Notes: generated by a model not told the origin, from the sequence alone. 63,830 nucleotides of DNA, filler included, from Octopus bimaculoides (GCF_001194135.2; 6 parts of 5 records of this genome joined end to end with filler, not necessarily neighbours in it); one strand, 5' to 3'. Numbered from the whole stretch's first letter, positions 27,399 to 39,596 are shown. Numbers and translations: made by a program.

Positions 27399-27509
27399 TA
27401 TACCACTGAACCAAGGATAAACAGACACACGCGCATGCAGAAACATATACGCACACATACACACACCACACAACACACATACACACAGAAAAAGAAGCCA
27501 TGTGCTAAC

Positions 27510-27702
27510 CATGGCTCCCTTCTGAAACCACTCAGTCTCTCGAATTTCCCTCTCAAGCAAACCTATGTTTGTGAGGGGAGGGAGGTGAGGTTTATTTCTT
27601 TTTCCAACAACCGTTGACTTTTTAAACTCTTCCAGAGATAAATTAGCCACGTCAACGTCATCGGACTCAGAGAAATGGCAGAAACGAAGAGCATAACTCT
27701 TC
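27510..27702 (-). CDS. Candidate exon, gene B (KSYALRFCHFSESDD...TEWFQKGAM)
   Basis: 1 nt plus 64 open codons in unique sequence. It needs the second AG of ttttcatagcctgaag; the donor is atg|gttagc. Phase-compatible with 28154-28073. Confidence 0.35.
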
Positions 27703-28072
27703 CTTCAGGCTATGAAAAACAAAATGAAACAAAAGAAAAGTAAAATGAAAATGTTGTTACCTTTAGGGACATTCTCAGTAAGCAGAATCGTCGATGATGG
27801 TATGTCGCATACACCGCTTACAAAACCTATACAAATAAGAAAAAGGTAAAACAGATCAAACGGTGGATAATGATTAAACGTTAAGTTATATCTATTTATT
27901 ACATGACATTGTGTAATAACATCTGTCTTTGGTCAGTAAGTCTTATTTCATAAGTACCAGTTGAACACCGGGGTTGATGTAATCGACTTAGCCACTTTCT
28001 CGAAATTGGTAGCCTTGTGCCAAAATTTGGAATCATTATTCTCAGGTGTACTCTGATGCGGAGTAGTAACAC

Positions 28073-28154
28073 CTGTAAAATTCCCAGATGTAGGTTAATT
28101 GGCATGTCATCCAGTGGAATAGAAGGAATTCTAATTCTCGGTTAGAACTTCTTT
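28073..28154 (-). CDS. Candidate exon, gene B (RSSNRELEFLLFHWMTCQLTYIWEFY)
   Basis: ttcttttcttgtag acceptor, cag|gtgtta donor and a single open frame (phase 1 to phase 2). Confidence 0.3.
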
Positions 28155-28394
28155 CTACAAGAAAAGAACTATGTATATTAAAAATAAAAACTTAGAAGCG
28201 CAGTTTGTTTCTGGTTGTCTCAGCTTGTTGTGCTACTGGCACATACCAGACTGAAAGGTTAGTTCAGTGGCTGTGCAACACTACATTCGCACAAAACAAG
28301 TTAACTCTCAAGAACTTCTTGCACACTCTGATCGTTTGCACGGACATATTAAGTTTTAGAAGTGGTCTTACTCGGTCAGAAATTAACTTTTATC

Positions 28395-28456
<62 letters not shown>

Positions 28457-28465
28457 GGATGGATG

Positions 28466-28510
<45 letters not shown>

Positions 28511-28512
<2 letters not shown>

Positions 28513-28594
28513 TTATTAGCCACGCAGGGCCGAACACAGGGGGGACAAAACAATACAGAATTTTTCTTTTTCGAAATCGATCAAAAGGGAAAGA

Positions 28595-28625
<31 letters not shown>

Positions 28626-30888
28626 GGCGTGTAAACAGAGAAATAACACAAAAGTCATTGTTAACAATAAGAGTTCCAAATAGTGGGAGGAAATGTAACA
28701 TTAACTAGGTTTTTCCTTGGAAAGAAAAACCTACGAAAAAGAACCACGGTAACCTCAGAAACGAAAAAGAAAAACATTAACATGAGAGCAAGGCGCTCTT
28801 TTCTCTCTTTGTGTTATAGGTTCATACTCAAGGTGGTTCCGTCATTTATTCGTACTATCCTTGCCACATTCACCCATCTTTTGTTGAACCGTTCATTAGA
28901 TAAAACTTCCTTCTATATTCTCACCTTCCTCTTCAAGTGATACTTGTAGAAGTTGGTGAGAAGTTGGCCTGAGAGGAAATAGTTTGTATCTAAACCTTTC
29001 GCAAGAGTCCACCACACTCATTCTTTCACCATAGCCACGAATAAAATGAAAACTGCCTTGCCTTCCTGATTACAGGAAGGTGGCGGGGCAATATTTACGA
29101 AAGACTCGGCCGACAATTGAATTCGTCCCACACGTGACAGCAGCCGTTCGATATAAGCCCACAGGTCTGAAATGTTTGGACACTGCACGAGTGCATGCAG
29201 AATGGTTTCGTCGCTCAGACCGCACCTCGGCAAGTCGGTCCGGTGTTTCTTGAACCGTGTCTGTAGAGCTTATCCCGAACGGACAATGCTTCCCTATAGC
29301 ACTGCCAGGCCAGGGATCTCTGGAAGTTGTTCATGGGTCGCGACCCCAAAGTGGTCCTGAAGAGGCAGGCCATATATTCCTCGTCGACGCCCAGATTTTC
29401 CCCAAGAACGTCGTCACACCTCCTCTACACTAATCCTCTATAGAGCGCCTTCGTTGAATTGCAGTCGCACAAATTTGAGTTGCTCGAGTGCATGGCGACA
29501 CTCACGATGCCATTCGCCTAGCCTTGGTCTCTGTTTGATCTACGATTGCAGTTTGGTCAAAGATACGAGCTGTGGAAAAGCGTGCCTCACAAACAGCGAC
29601 CGCACCTGTTCACCGTCGTCTATCAAACGCTAGAGATGTCGCAGTCTCAGCGCATGTCTACGCATCATTAACCACGGCATGCCCAGCTCTCCATTTAGCG
29701 GATGTTGACAGCAAATAGATCGCTTGACCATCGGAACGCTTCCCTTCCAAAAAACGCAGGAGTGTATGCGTTCCAGTTGTGTGATGGTAGGGTCGGGACA
29801 AGGCATGACGGCCAGACGGTAGTAGATAATGGATGCGATGTACGCATTCGCCACCTCAGATCGACCTTTTAGAGATAGGTTCCTCTCGGCCCATTGCTGG
29901 GTGAGGTGGCTACCCTACTCGTTATTTCGTCCCAGTTCTTCTCCATTTGGCGGTCCGGATCGAACTAGACACCGAGCAATTTAACTGGTCCGTCGGTTCA
30001 GTGTCCCACGATGGAGATGCTGTTGGACGGCATGGGCTTGCTTCTGCAGTGCCGAGCCGCAAGCCTACAGGCGTTACCGGGTTAATTTTCGCTCCCGTTA
30101 CCACTTCGCATTTTGTTAGGGTCTCGCCGTCCAGGTCGATATGCCTGTGGCTCGACACTATTATGGTGGCATCGTCCGCGTATGCAGACACGCTCCTCCC
30201 AGTTCTCGCGGGATGCCTTTCAGTAGTGACTCTAGAGTCAGTACATACAGAAGTGACGAGAGAGGGCATCCGTGGTGGACCGAATGCGTGCGTGATGTTA
30301 AATGGTCTCTAGATAGATGATCATTTACGCGAACTACCGAGCGGATACCGCTGTACAAATCAGCGATACAACCACGAAAGATGTGACCGAAATCAACCGC
30401 CCTGAGGTCAACCTCCAAATATCGATGGTTGACCCTATCGAAAGCTTTCGATTGATCCAAATTGATCAGCGCCTCACCCATGCCTGGTTCCTTAACTACC
30501 CTGTCTATGATGTAGCGCATCAGATGAAGGTTGTCAGGAATACTTCTGCCCGGCACGGCACGTGATTGCGCCTTTTCGACCAGTTTCTCAATGACAAGCA
30601 CCAAACTCTCGCTAGCACCTTGGCCAAAATTTTCAAATCTGCGTTGAGTAGAGTGACGGGCCTGAAATTATCTATAACGTTCCCCTTGTTTCGGTCTTTC
30701 TTTAGCAGTGTCACCGCTCCTCGGCTCACAAAACTGGGGATACACCCGTTTTGTTGCCAGTTACAGTAGACTGTTGCCAAGACTACTCCAAACAAGTCTG
30801 GCATATGACAGTAAATTTCGTAGGGCAGACTATCTCGCACAGCCTGCCATTGCATTCTGTATATTCGCGACTGTGTATTCGCGACTGT
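28511..30888 (-). mobile_element. 5'-truncated Tx1/L1-like non-LTR retrotransposon (RT plus zinc-knuckle region), decayed
   Basis: NFRPVTLLNADLKILAKVLA, GRSIPDNL, LDQSKAFDRVNH, GCPLSSLLY, SAYADD and C-terminal CG..DETILHALVQC. The 3' UTR has AATAAA followed by (TCTA)n. Confidence 0.92.
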
Positions 30889-30966
30889 TTCTCTCTCTCT
30901 TTCTCCTTCTCTCTCTCTTTCTCTTTCTCTTTCTCTTTCTCTCAGTCCTCTCCCCACTTACTTAAC

Positions 30967-31015
30967 CTTTCTTCTCCAATGATATATTTTCTGCACAATT
31001 GAACACCGAACACAT
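30967..31015 (-). CDS. Candidate first coding exon, gene B (MCSVFNCAENISLEKK)
   Basis: ATG at 31015 and an aaag|gttaag donor in phase 1, compatible with the 28154 exon. It lies downstream of a TATA-like box. Confidence 0.25.
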
Positions 31016-31252
31016 TGTTATTTCTCCCTTTAGCAACTAAAAGAAATACAGGATATTCGCAGTTGTAATGCTTGCAGGATCCGGGTTGGGCTTGGGCTTG
31101 GGCTAAACAACTACTCCTACTCCTACTCCTACAACTACTACTCTCACTGCTGCTGCTGCCACTGTCACAACTACTACTACAACTACTACTACTAACACTT
31201 CCAGTCCTGCTGCTGTTGTTACACAACGAAGAATCAACGAAGGAAGGGCGAC

Positions 31253-31589
31253 TTTTTATAGTAGCGTGACCTCCTGGATATAGTAGCAAATTCTCCCTCA
31301 AACCAAACGCGATCGTCTGTAATGCAAAAAGGCTTTCTATTTTGTAAGCTGGAGTACACACCATTCCTCAGAAATAGTGCGATGGTCATGGCTTGAATGA
31401 TTTTGATCGCAGGTCCGTTCATTCAGGACTAACCACCGGCTTAAACATCATTATTGTGTAATTGAAGGAACTGCTAGAAATAGCAGCTTAATCTTCTCAT
31501 TGATTGTGGACGCAGATCATGGCGTACTAAACACTTCCGGTTCGTCGCTGGAATGCCATTGCTCATAGATTTTTCGCGATTAGGATTGG
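31253..31589 (-). promoter_or_regulatory. Candidate Pol II promoter (TATA, ETS-like and CCAAT motifs)
   Basis: Minus-strand TATAAAAA 31253-31260, CCGGAAGT 31533-31540 and CCAAT 31585-31589 in unique sequence upstream of the candidate exons. Motif matches only. Confidence 0.3.
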
Positions 31590-32685
31590 CTTAAGGTGAC
31601 CATGACCACAACAACAACAACAACAACAACAACAATAAAAGCAAAAACATAGCAGCAGCAACAACAACAAAGAAGCAACAACAGAATCAACTACAACAGC
31701 AGCAGCATTAACAACAGAGTAGCAGCAGCAGCCACAGATGCAACAGCAGCAGCAGTAAAAGCAAAGACGACGGCAACAACAACAACAAACATCTACAACA
31801 AGAGCAACAGTAGCAGCAATAGTCAACCTACATGCAATGGACGCCAGATGTAAGAAGTAAATATAGATCCAAATAAAAGAGATTAATTGACTTCAGCGAC
31901 CTCAGATAAAAATTTTCACTATAGTAAGGGTAAATAAAGTAAATGTGACTAACAGAAATTTCCACACTAAAAATAAATCATTAATAATAATATTTATAAT
32001 ATTTGTAAAAAAAAGTAAACAAAATATATAATATATATTATTATATTTATCTATCTATCTATCTATCTATCTCCCTTATCTATCTATCTACCTATCTCTC
32101 TTATCTATCTATCTATCTATTTTTCTATCTGTTTATCTATCTTTCTGTATATCTATCTTTCTATCTATTTTTCTATTTATATATCTATCTATCTATTTAT
32201 CTACCTATCTGCCTATTTATCTATCTATCTATTTTTCTATCTGTTTATCTTTCTGTCTATCTATCTATTTTTCTATCTATATATCCTATCTATCTGTCTG
32301 TCTATCTGCCAATCTATCTATCTATCTATCTATCTATCTCTTCTCACGGACGTGCTGTCACATCGGCTGCGAAGGTAAACGTTTATTTGACCTTTTACTG
32401 TCCACATTTTGTTGGAATTTTTAAATAATTTTGTTGCGAAGCACCTAGGCTTCATTTGTGTGTATTTTCAAGGGCAGGAATTGACCCCCAGGGGCAGTTT
32501 CGGCCCTAGCAAAATACAAAAATTTCCTTCTTGACATTTGAAAAATGTCGAGAAACATNNNNNNNNNNNNNNNNNNNNNNNNNNNNNNNNNNNNNNNNNN
32601 NNTTAATTAATTAANNNNNNNNNNNNNNNNNNNNNNNNNNNNNNNNNNNNNNNNNNNNTATATATATATATATATATATATATAT

Positions 32686-33140
32686 CATCATCGTCATCAT
32701 TTAACGTCCGCTTTCCATGCTAGCATGGGTTGGACGATTTAACTGAGGACTGGTGAACCGAATGACTGCACCAGGCTCCAATCTGATCTGGCAGAGTTTC
32801 TACAGTTCGATGCCCTTCCTAACACCAACCACTCCGAGAGTGTAGTTGGTGCTTTCACATGTCACAAGCACGAGGGACAGCCAGGCGGTACTGGCAACAG
32901 CCACGCTCAAAATGGTGTTTTTACGTGCCACCTGCACAGGAGCCAGTCCAGCGGCACTGGCAATGATCACGCTCGGACGGTGCTGTTAGTGCTCCACTGG
33001 CACAGGTGCCACTCATCGAATATGGTTCAATTACGATTTCGATTTCACTTGCCCCAACAGGTCTTCGCAAGCAGAGTTTAGTGTCCAACGAAGGAGAGGT
33101 TGGTATGGGGGCCAGTCGTCGAATTTGGTTCGATTTCGAT
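32686..33140 (-). mobile_element. RTE-clade LINE (or derived SINE) 3' end
   Basis: Contains gatgcccttcctaacaccaac, the motif typical of RTE 3' ends, and a (GAT)n tail on the minus strand. Confidence 0.7.
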
Positions 33141-33155
33141 TTCTTTATATATATA

Positions 33156-34272
33156 TGTAGTAAAACCTCTCTCTCGGCCATTCAATCAGAAATGATAACG
33201 AAGCTGCTAACATCTAGCCTTCGGCTACCTTGGCCCTTTCTATCCATCATCCTGATTGGTTCTTATTTTGCGCGGCAATTGTCCCCATGTTCTGCTTGCC
33301 TAGGGGGCATTACATCCAATCGTGGCTTTAGATAAAGTCACGTGTGAAGGAGTTTTACTGGGTTTCCGGTGAGCCCTTTTCCGCCTATAAATAAGCCCGA
33401 TCCAACGACGGCAGTCGTCTTCGATATCAGATCCCTCACAGGTCTGGTCGCAGACCACACACGTCTTCGATTTCAGATCCCTCACAGGTCTGGTCGTTGA
33501 CCACACATATACAGAACACAGCTACAGCCAGTTCCAGCGTCGACGTCTTCACCACCAATGAACTGTCTACCACAATGTTGTGCGCCAGCAACCCCACCAC
33601 CAGGGACACACCAACATCAACAACCTCGGTTTTATCTTCACTGTATGAGTGGAGTTACCACTCACGAACAACAGTCAGAACTAACCGGCGAGAATATTCC
33701 GTACCAGTTAACACAGGTCGCAGCATTCGACGCTCAACACACATAGTGTGATACTACAGCTCTGCTCCTTGGCCACAACTTCCTGCGTATGAACATTCTA
33801 AATCTTGTGTAACTTTAATACGAACTGGTTTTTCTCTATCTCAGTGTTTTAAGACTTTTTACAGTCTATGTTACAGACACTCTTACTATGTTCTGTGTTT
33901 CCTCTCATTCACACGCACACTTGTACACTCACATATTGTACACACACTATTGCTTATATGACTGTCCGTCACTTCACATTGTTGTATACCTTCTCTTGTA
34001 CACTAAGGCCTGATTTATCTACTGTCTTAATTTCATATGTCGCATGCACGCACACACAGACACAAACAGTTTCACTTTGTAAATAAATGTATTCTCATTA
34101 TATATCTAACGGTTGAGTTTGTCCTAAGTTCTTTTACTGGCACAATGGCTTGCGTATCTCACGATGAGCCTTCTATCATATATAATCTTGTATTTTGTGT
34201 TCGACCGTGCGACATGGTAAAAAGGAGCCTTTACCGTCTACGTCGCCATCTCCTTTGGTTCGCACGGTCGAA
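33156..34272 (+). mobile_element. LTR-like segment (TG...CA) with possible PBS/leader
   Basis: Starts TGTAG after (TA)n, with TATAAATA at 33386, AATAAA at 34082 and ...CGACA at 34214 followed by TGGT. It contains an internal 46-bp tandem duplication (33416-33507). No second LTR or TSD was seen. Confidence 0.4.
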
Positions 34273-34276
34273 GTAT

Positions 34277-34328
<52 letters not shown>

Positions 34329-35329
34329 TACATATTATTTTTTGGATTTACAATTTATATATATATATATATATATATATACATACACATATATTTATGT
34401 ACTAGAGTGTTACTCATCATATGACGGGGAATGTTGGAAGTACAATTTTGCCAACCGTAGGTAATATTAGGAAAAATGGCATAATACAATAATTATAATT
34501 CAATTTTTATCAAATTTATGAGTGCTTACATAAAATGATGAAATGAATAGTAGTTTTCAAAAGAAAAATATTTATTATTTTAAAGTAAAATGAAATAAAA
34601 CAAATATTTAATTTATATATTTGCAATAAGTATATGCTGTAATATTGCTAAATTTTACGAACAATTTTATTGTAATTTACTCCATCACAAACTTACCTCT
34701 ACGAAATTTCATAAAAAAAGGTGTATTTTTCAGAAAGTTACAAGACACTTATCCTGCTTTTCTTATGCCAACTCTCTCTGTATCTTTGTATTACTCTCAC
34801 ACCCTCTTTCTCTTCAGGATGTAAAACGTGATTGGAGAAATTAGCGAACGAATGAACGAACGAACCAACCAACCAATATTCATAATGGCTTTTATTAAAC
34901 AGAGATATATAGATGTAGCTACGATTTCAACCAAAGGGTTTCCACTTTTTAAAATGAACTTATCATTAAGCGTCTAATTTATGAAAACTACAAAAATAAA
35001 ATAAACTAGTTCATTATTATATTTGTATGTAGTTCCGGCACAGTAGTTTGTTCAAACCTGTTAAACCCCCCACTGCTTATGAGAAGGGACCGGTATATAT
35101 TGCTAAACTTGTGAAATGGCTATATGATACTGCATTAGTATTTGGTTTCACATCTGGTTATGAACTAATTTCCTGATAACATTGATAACCATTTCTAACA
35201 TTTTATTTGTATCCTGGAAAGGTCATTATGCCAACAATAAACAGATGCTCTGGTTCTGTTTCACTTCTTTTATTATTAATATTTGGCATTCGCTAACATA
35301 TTTAACCAATTAACTCATTGATTATTTGA

Positions 35330-35421
35330 TTAATCGTTTAGCTGAGTTTGTCTAAGTCGTTTCATCGCTATTTGCGACCTCATCGATGACATACTCTCTG
35401 TCGTGAGTGGCGACGATACGG
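35330..35421 (-). CDS. Candidate terminal exon, gene A (VSSPLTTESMSSMRSQIAMKRLRQTQLND*)
   Basis: tttgtcaaag acceptor, phase-compatible with the 35625-35557 exon. TAA at 35330, with AATAAA about 56 nt downstream (35269-35274). Confidence 0.4.
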
Positions 35422-35556
35422 CTTTGACAAATATAACTGACTCATTGATTAACCGAACGCTTGATCAAGCAATCGATTAGTTAATGGGTCAAATGTTAAC
35501 GAATTGACTAATAAAAATGATAATGATAAACTAAAACCATTGCATGCGTCTATTAC

Positions 35557-35625
35557 TGGTATAATGATCCCATCTACGAGACACAGCCAAACCTGTTTCG
35601 ACAAACGAGTTCACACATCCAGATA
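35557..35625 (-). CDS. Candidate exon, gene A (SGCVNSFVETGLAVSRRWDHYT)
   Basis: atttacttcacaag acceptor, acca|gtaata donor and a 135-nt intron to the next exon. Confidence 0.4.
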
Positions 35626-36074
35626 CTTGTGAAGTAAATACAAAAAGGAAATAATTCTAACTCACAAAATCATAAAATGAAAATCTGTTCAAATCGTAAG
35701 GTAAAACGCAATAATTACATCCGAGTTTAGCATTATAATGTTGAAAATATTCCCCGTAATATAAAATTGTGATACATACTGAATCAGAAGAACATAGGGA
35801 ATTAGTTCCTGTTCCTGTTCCTTCATCACTAACTTCAATTAATGGTGAAATCTAGAAAAGTAAAAGAGAAATTGAGCAAAAGATGAAAGAAAGAAAAAGT
35901 GATGGCGTTCATATTTTTGAGCCAATTTGTCATAACAATGGCTGTAACTGATGCTACGATTTGATCTTACGAAAAATACTTTTGAAATACAAAACAGTTC
36001 TAACATTGATTTCAAATTTTGACACAATTTCAGGGGAGGGGGATAAATTGATTTCATTGATCCCCACCCAATGC

Positions 36075-36212
36075 ACTTCTGGTACTTATTTTATCGAACC
36101 GAATATATGAAAGGCAAAGTCAACCTCGGCGGTGTTTGAAGTAAGAACGTAAAGACGGACGAAATGTCGCTATGCATTTTACCCGGCTTGCTAATGATTC
36201 TGCCAGCTTGCC
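36075..36212 (-). mobile_element. Family B SINE
   Basis: Reverse complement of the family B head and body. Confidence 0.75.
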
Positions 36213-36250
36213 GCCTCACACGCAGTCCTAATACTATTTCACCCAGTTGA

Positions 36251-36468
36251 GGGTGGCGAGCTGCCAGAATCGTTAACACGTTGAGCAAAATGTTTAGCGG
36301 TATTTCACTCATCTTCACGTTCTGAGTTCAAATTCCGCCGAGGTCGATATTGCCTTTCATCTTTTCGGAGTTGATAAAATAAGTCCAAGTCGAGTACTGA
36401 GGTCGATGTAACCGATTTAACTCCTCTCCCGAAATTGCTCGCCTTGTGTCAAAATTTGAAATCATTAT
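36251..36468 (+). mobile_element. Family B SINE with 16-bp target-site duplication
   Basis: tatttcacccagttga at 36235-36250 and 36469-36484. Confidence 0.88.
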
Positions 36469-36547
36469 TATTTCACCCAGTTGAAGATTAACACTTCACC
36501 GGTTCTATTTATTGTATCTTGAAAGAAAATATATCACGTGTCATAAG

Positions 36548-36710
36548 CACTAGCGTAGCTAGAGTGTGTGCCGCCCGGAGTGGGCCTTCCGTTTGCCGTC
36601 CCCGGACCCCACAAAACACACATATTGCCTACAGCAGACCCAAAAGTGCCGTCCTTTTAAAAGTTCCGCCCGGGGCGGACTGTCCCTACCGCCCCCTAGC
36701 TACTCTAGTG
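36548..36710. mobile_element. 163-bp hAT-type MITE
   Basis: 15-bp TIR cactagcgtagctag / ctagctactctagtg (1 mismatch) and 8-bp TSD gtcataag / atcataag. Confidence 0.8.
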
Positions 36711-36752
36711 ATCATAAGTGAGGGTGATGGAATATGTAGCCATAACTATCCC

Positions 36753-36811
<59 letters not shown>

Positions 36812-37404
36812 AATATACTGGGTACAGCATACAGATTTACTCATTAATTATGATAATTTACCAATTATATAAACATAATAATTCATCCATTATTCAAACA
36901 TAAATTGCAACATTTTTATTCGCAAAAATAGTTTCAAAAGTTGAATAACGTTTCCTAACATTCTTTTGTTTTATTGTTCACCCTTAAATAAATATGGCGG
37001 CTTGAACAAATATTTTTCTTTTCAGTTCTGTTTATATTTTCTTTCATTTTCAAAACTGATTCTTATCATTAATAAAATATTTCATATCAGGTCTACATCA
37101 ATACATTTTCCGTGAGGTTCTATTGTTTCGTGTTATTAAAACTATGATGTTATATTTATAGTCCGGTACCGACCACCCAACAAAAGTGCAAGAACCAGCG
37201 CTCACATAGACACACAATACAGGCAGCCGCTTGCAGGCAAGAGACATTAATAAGTAAATATACATTAAATATACAATAATCGATTTTATAGATATATTTC
37301 CATAATTTCATTTGCAATAAATCACATTTCTGTTCATACACTAATTACGAAAGCTTCAGATTTCAAAGAAGTTAATCATAAAAGCGAAGTGTTGTCTTAT
37401 AGTG

Positions 37405-37715
37405 AGTTTGCTGAATGGTGGGTGAATGTCGGGAGAATGGTCAGTGTAAAAGGACCAGTCATGAGCATGCACCCGTAAAAAGGAAAAAAGGAGGGGACTC
37501 TTGCCCTGTTGGTCAGGCCACCCGTGGCTTTTGTGGGTTTTCCCACGAGTAGCCTTCAAGCGCCTACCCCTATTAGGAGATTTTATTGTTTAATTTCAAT
37601 TGTTATTTTACTGTTTACTCGATTAGAAAACCCCTATTGTCTTTTCATGTTATTGTATGTCATTTTATGTTGTTTTATGTAAGCCCTTGGGTCTAATAAA
37701 GAAATAATTATTGAA
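37405..37715 (+). mobile_element. 3' end of a second Tx1/L1-like LINE
   Basis: WVNVGRMVSVKGPVMSMHP* resembles the ORF end WVNVARIVRINDGTTLSMNL* of the 28.5-30.9 kb element. The UTR ends ctaataaagaaata. Confidence 0.65.
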
Positions 37716-38089
37716 TAAAAAAACAGAGTCCAATTTACTATTGCTTCACTTGTGTTACTGTTTCTTCAGTTTATTTTTTCAACATGCAACATATGTGCAC
37801 AAGGCAACTGACGTCATTTCTGTCCAAAGCCCTCATTGATCTCTGCAAGAAATACACGATTCATTATACAGTACATTTGAAGAAATCGCCAGTACATCAG
37901 CAATATCTTTTGCATTCTGTTTTTTTTTCTTCTGACCATTCTTATTATTTATATCCATCTAAATGTCCGGTATCTGAATTTTATTAATAAACTATTGATA
38001 AACGTCATATGACAAGGAACTTTGGAAGTATACTTTTGCCACTATGAGTAGATAATAATTATTAATATTAAATATTATACATATGTATA

Positions 38090-38262
38090 AATTAGTGCAT
38101 TTCTTCTGACATAACATTCTAGATTCAAATACCGCCGCGGTCCACTTTGCATTTCGTCTTTTCGGCGTGGCTAAAATAAGTACTAGTTCAGCACTAGGGT
38201 CAATGTAATCGCCTATTCCACTTCCTCTCAAAATTGCTGGTCTTGTACCAAAATTCAAAATG
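38090..38262 (-). mobile_element. Family B SINE
   Basis: Reverse-complement match to the family B body and 3' part (aaaataagtactagt...gctggtcttgtaccaaaatt). Confidence 0.65.
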
Positions 38263-38611
38263 ATTATATATATGTACGTAAACATATACACATATACACG
38301 CACGCGCATATATGGCTATGTAAACCTACTACTTCTTTACCTCACCCTACCAACTGCTTGTCAAGTTTATCCTTCTGCTTGGACTATGACCATATCTCTA
38401 TGTGTGTGAACAGAAGATTATGTGTATGCAAAAGTACGAGTGTGTGTAAGCATGTCATGTATTTGGTGTTCATCGACTATGTAACTTTTATCATCTTTAC
38501 CATCCTCCCCCATCAATGCTTGTCAATTTCAATATACTTATATTGACTAACTTCTTATGTTAACTCTCTCTGTATTTTTATTTCACTCTTTTCCTCTCTA
38601 TCACTCTCTCC

Positions 38612-38651
<40 letters not shown>

Positions 38652-39001
38652 NNNNNNNNNNNNNNNNNNNNNNNNNNNNNNNNNNNNNNNNNNNNNNNNN
38701 NNNNNNNNNNNNNNNNNNNNNNNNNNNNNNNNNNNNNNNNNNNNNNNNNNNNNNNNNNNNNNNNNNNNNNNNNNNNNNNNNNNNNNNNNNNNNNNNNNNN
38801 NNNNNNNNNNNNNNNNNNNNNNNNNNNNNNNNNNNNNNNNNNNNNNNNNNNNNNNNNNNNNNNNNNNNNNNNNNNNNNNNNNNNNNNNNNNNNNNNNNNN
38901 NNNNNNNNNNNNNNNNNNNNNNNNNNNNNNNNNNNNNNNNNNNNNNNNNNNNNNNNNNNNNNNNNNNNNNNNNNNNNNNNNNNNNNNNNNNNNNNNNNNN
39001 N

Positions 39002-39122
39002 CAGGTAAAGCGTGACCGGAGAAATCAACCAACCAATGTTTATAACAGCTATCATTATATTGAGCTACCAGTTTCTTTCTTTTAACCCTTTGGCTGCCCA
39101 AAAGCCTTTTTGTAAGTTTGTC
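39002..39122 (-). CDS. Candidate exon, gene A (DKLTKRLLGSQRV...KLVAQYNDSCYKH...), runs into gap
   Basis: tttag acceptor, phase 0 and open up to the N-gap. Paralogous to 23104-22892. Confidence 0.45.
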
Positions 39123-39216
39123 CTAAACGTCCATATTTACTTTCAGTCTTCTAGTTAGCACTTGCTTCATACGTTCTGGGTAACATATGACTTCCCTTTA
39201 ATAAATCCCAACTTAC

Positions 39217-39364
39217 TCTGGCAGTCGAAAAAATTTGGGAATATATATCATCTACGACGCATGGTTGCCAGGAAAATGTACCCTGCGTATCACATGCGAT
39301 ACACAGGACAGGTAAATGGTTAAATATAGTTTCTTCATCAGACAATCGACCGTTTGATAAATTT
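39217..39364 (-). CDS. Candidate exon, gene A (NLSNGRLSDEETIFNHLPVLCIACD...SQIFSTAR)
   Basis: 148 nt open, consensus aga|GTAAGT donor and a 94-nt intron to the next exon. Paralogous to 23544-23440. Confidence 0.5.
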
Positions 39365-39596
39365 CTTCAAATAATATATATTTTTCAATTTACTATGAAA
39401 TTCTTTTCATAGTTCGATTAATAATTTTTTTCGTTCAAGTTCATCTTGAATAATAAAAACTTTCTGTTCAATCTCAATGTCATCTTTGTCTGTATANNNN
39501 NNNNNNNNNNNNNNNNNNNNNNNNNNNNNNNNNNNNNNNNTTAATTAATTAANNNNNNNNNNNNNNNNNNNNNNNNNNNNNNNNNNNNNNNNNNNN

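Noticed and set aside
30942-31826. Ser-rich, Leu-rich and Cys-rich ORFs (SSSSC, LLLL, CCCC)
   Set aside because: They derive from (CTA/CTG/CAA)n triplet tracts; no domain is evident.
33416-33507. Two 46-bp direct repeats and the 19-bp array at 1491, as possible CRISPR-like arrays
   Set aside because: Head-to-tail tandem units with no unique spacers, in eukaryotic DNA with no cas genes.
39079-39100. TTAACCCTT piggyBac-like terminus
   Set aside because: No partner TIR was found, and it lies inside an open candidate exon on the opposite strand.
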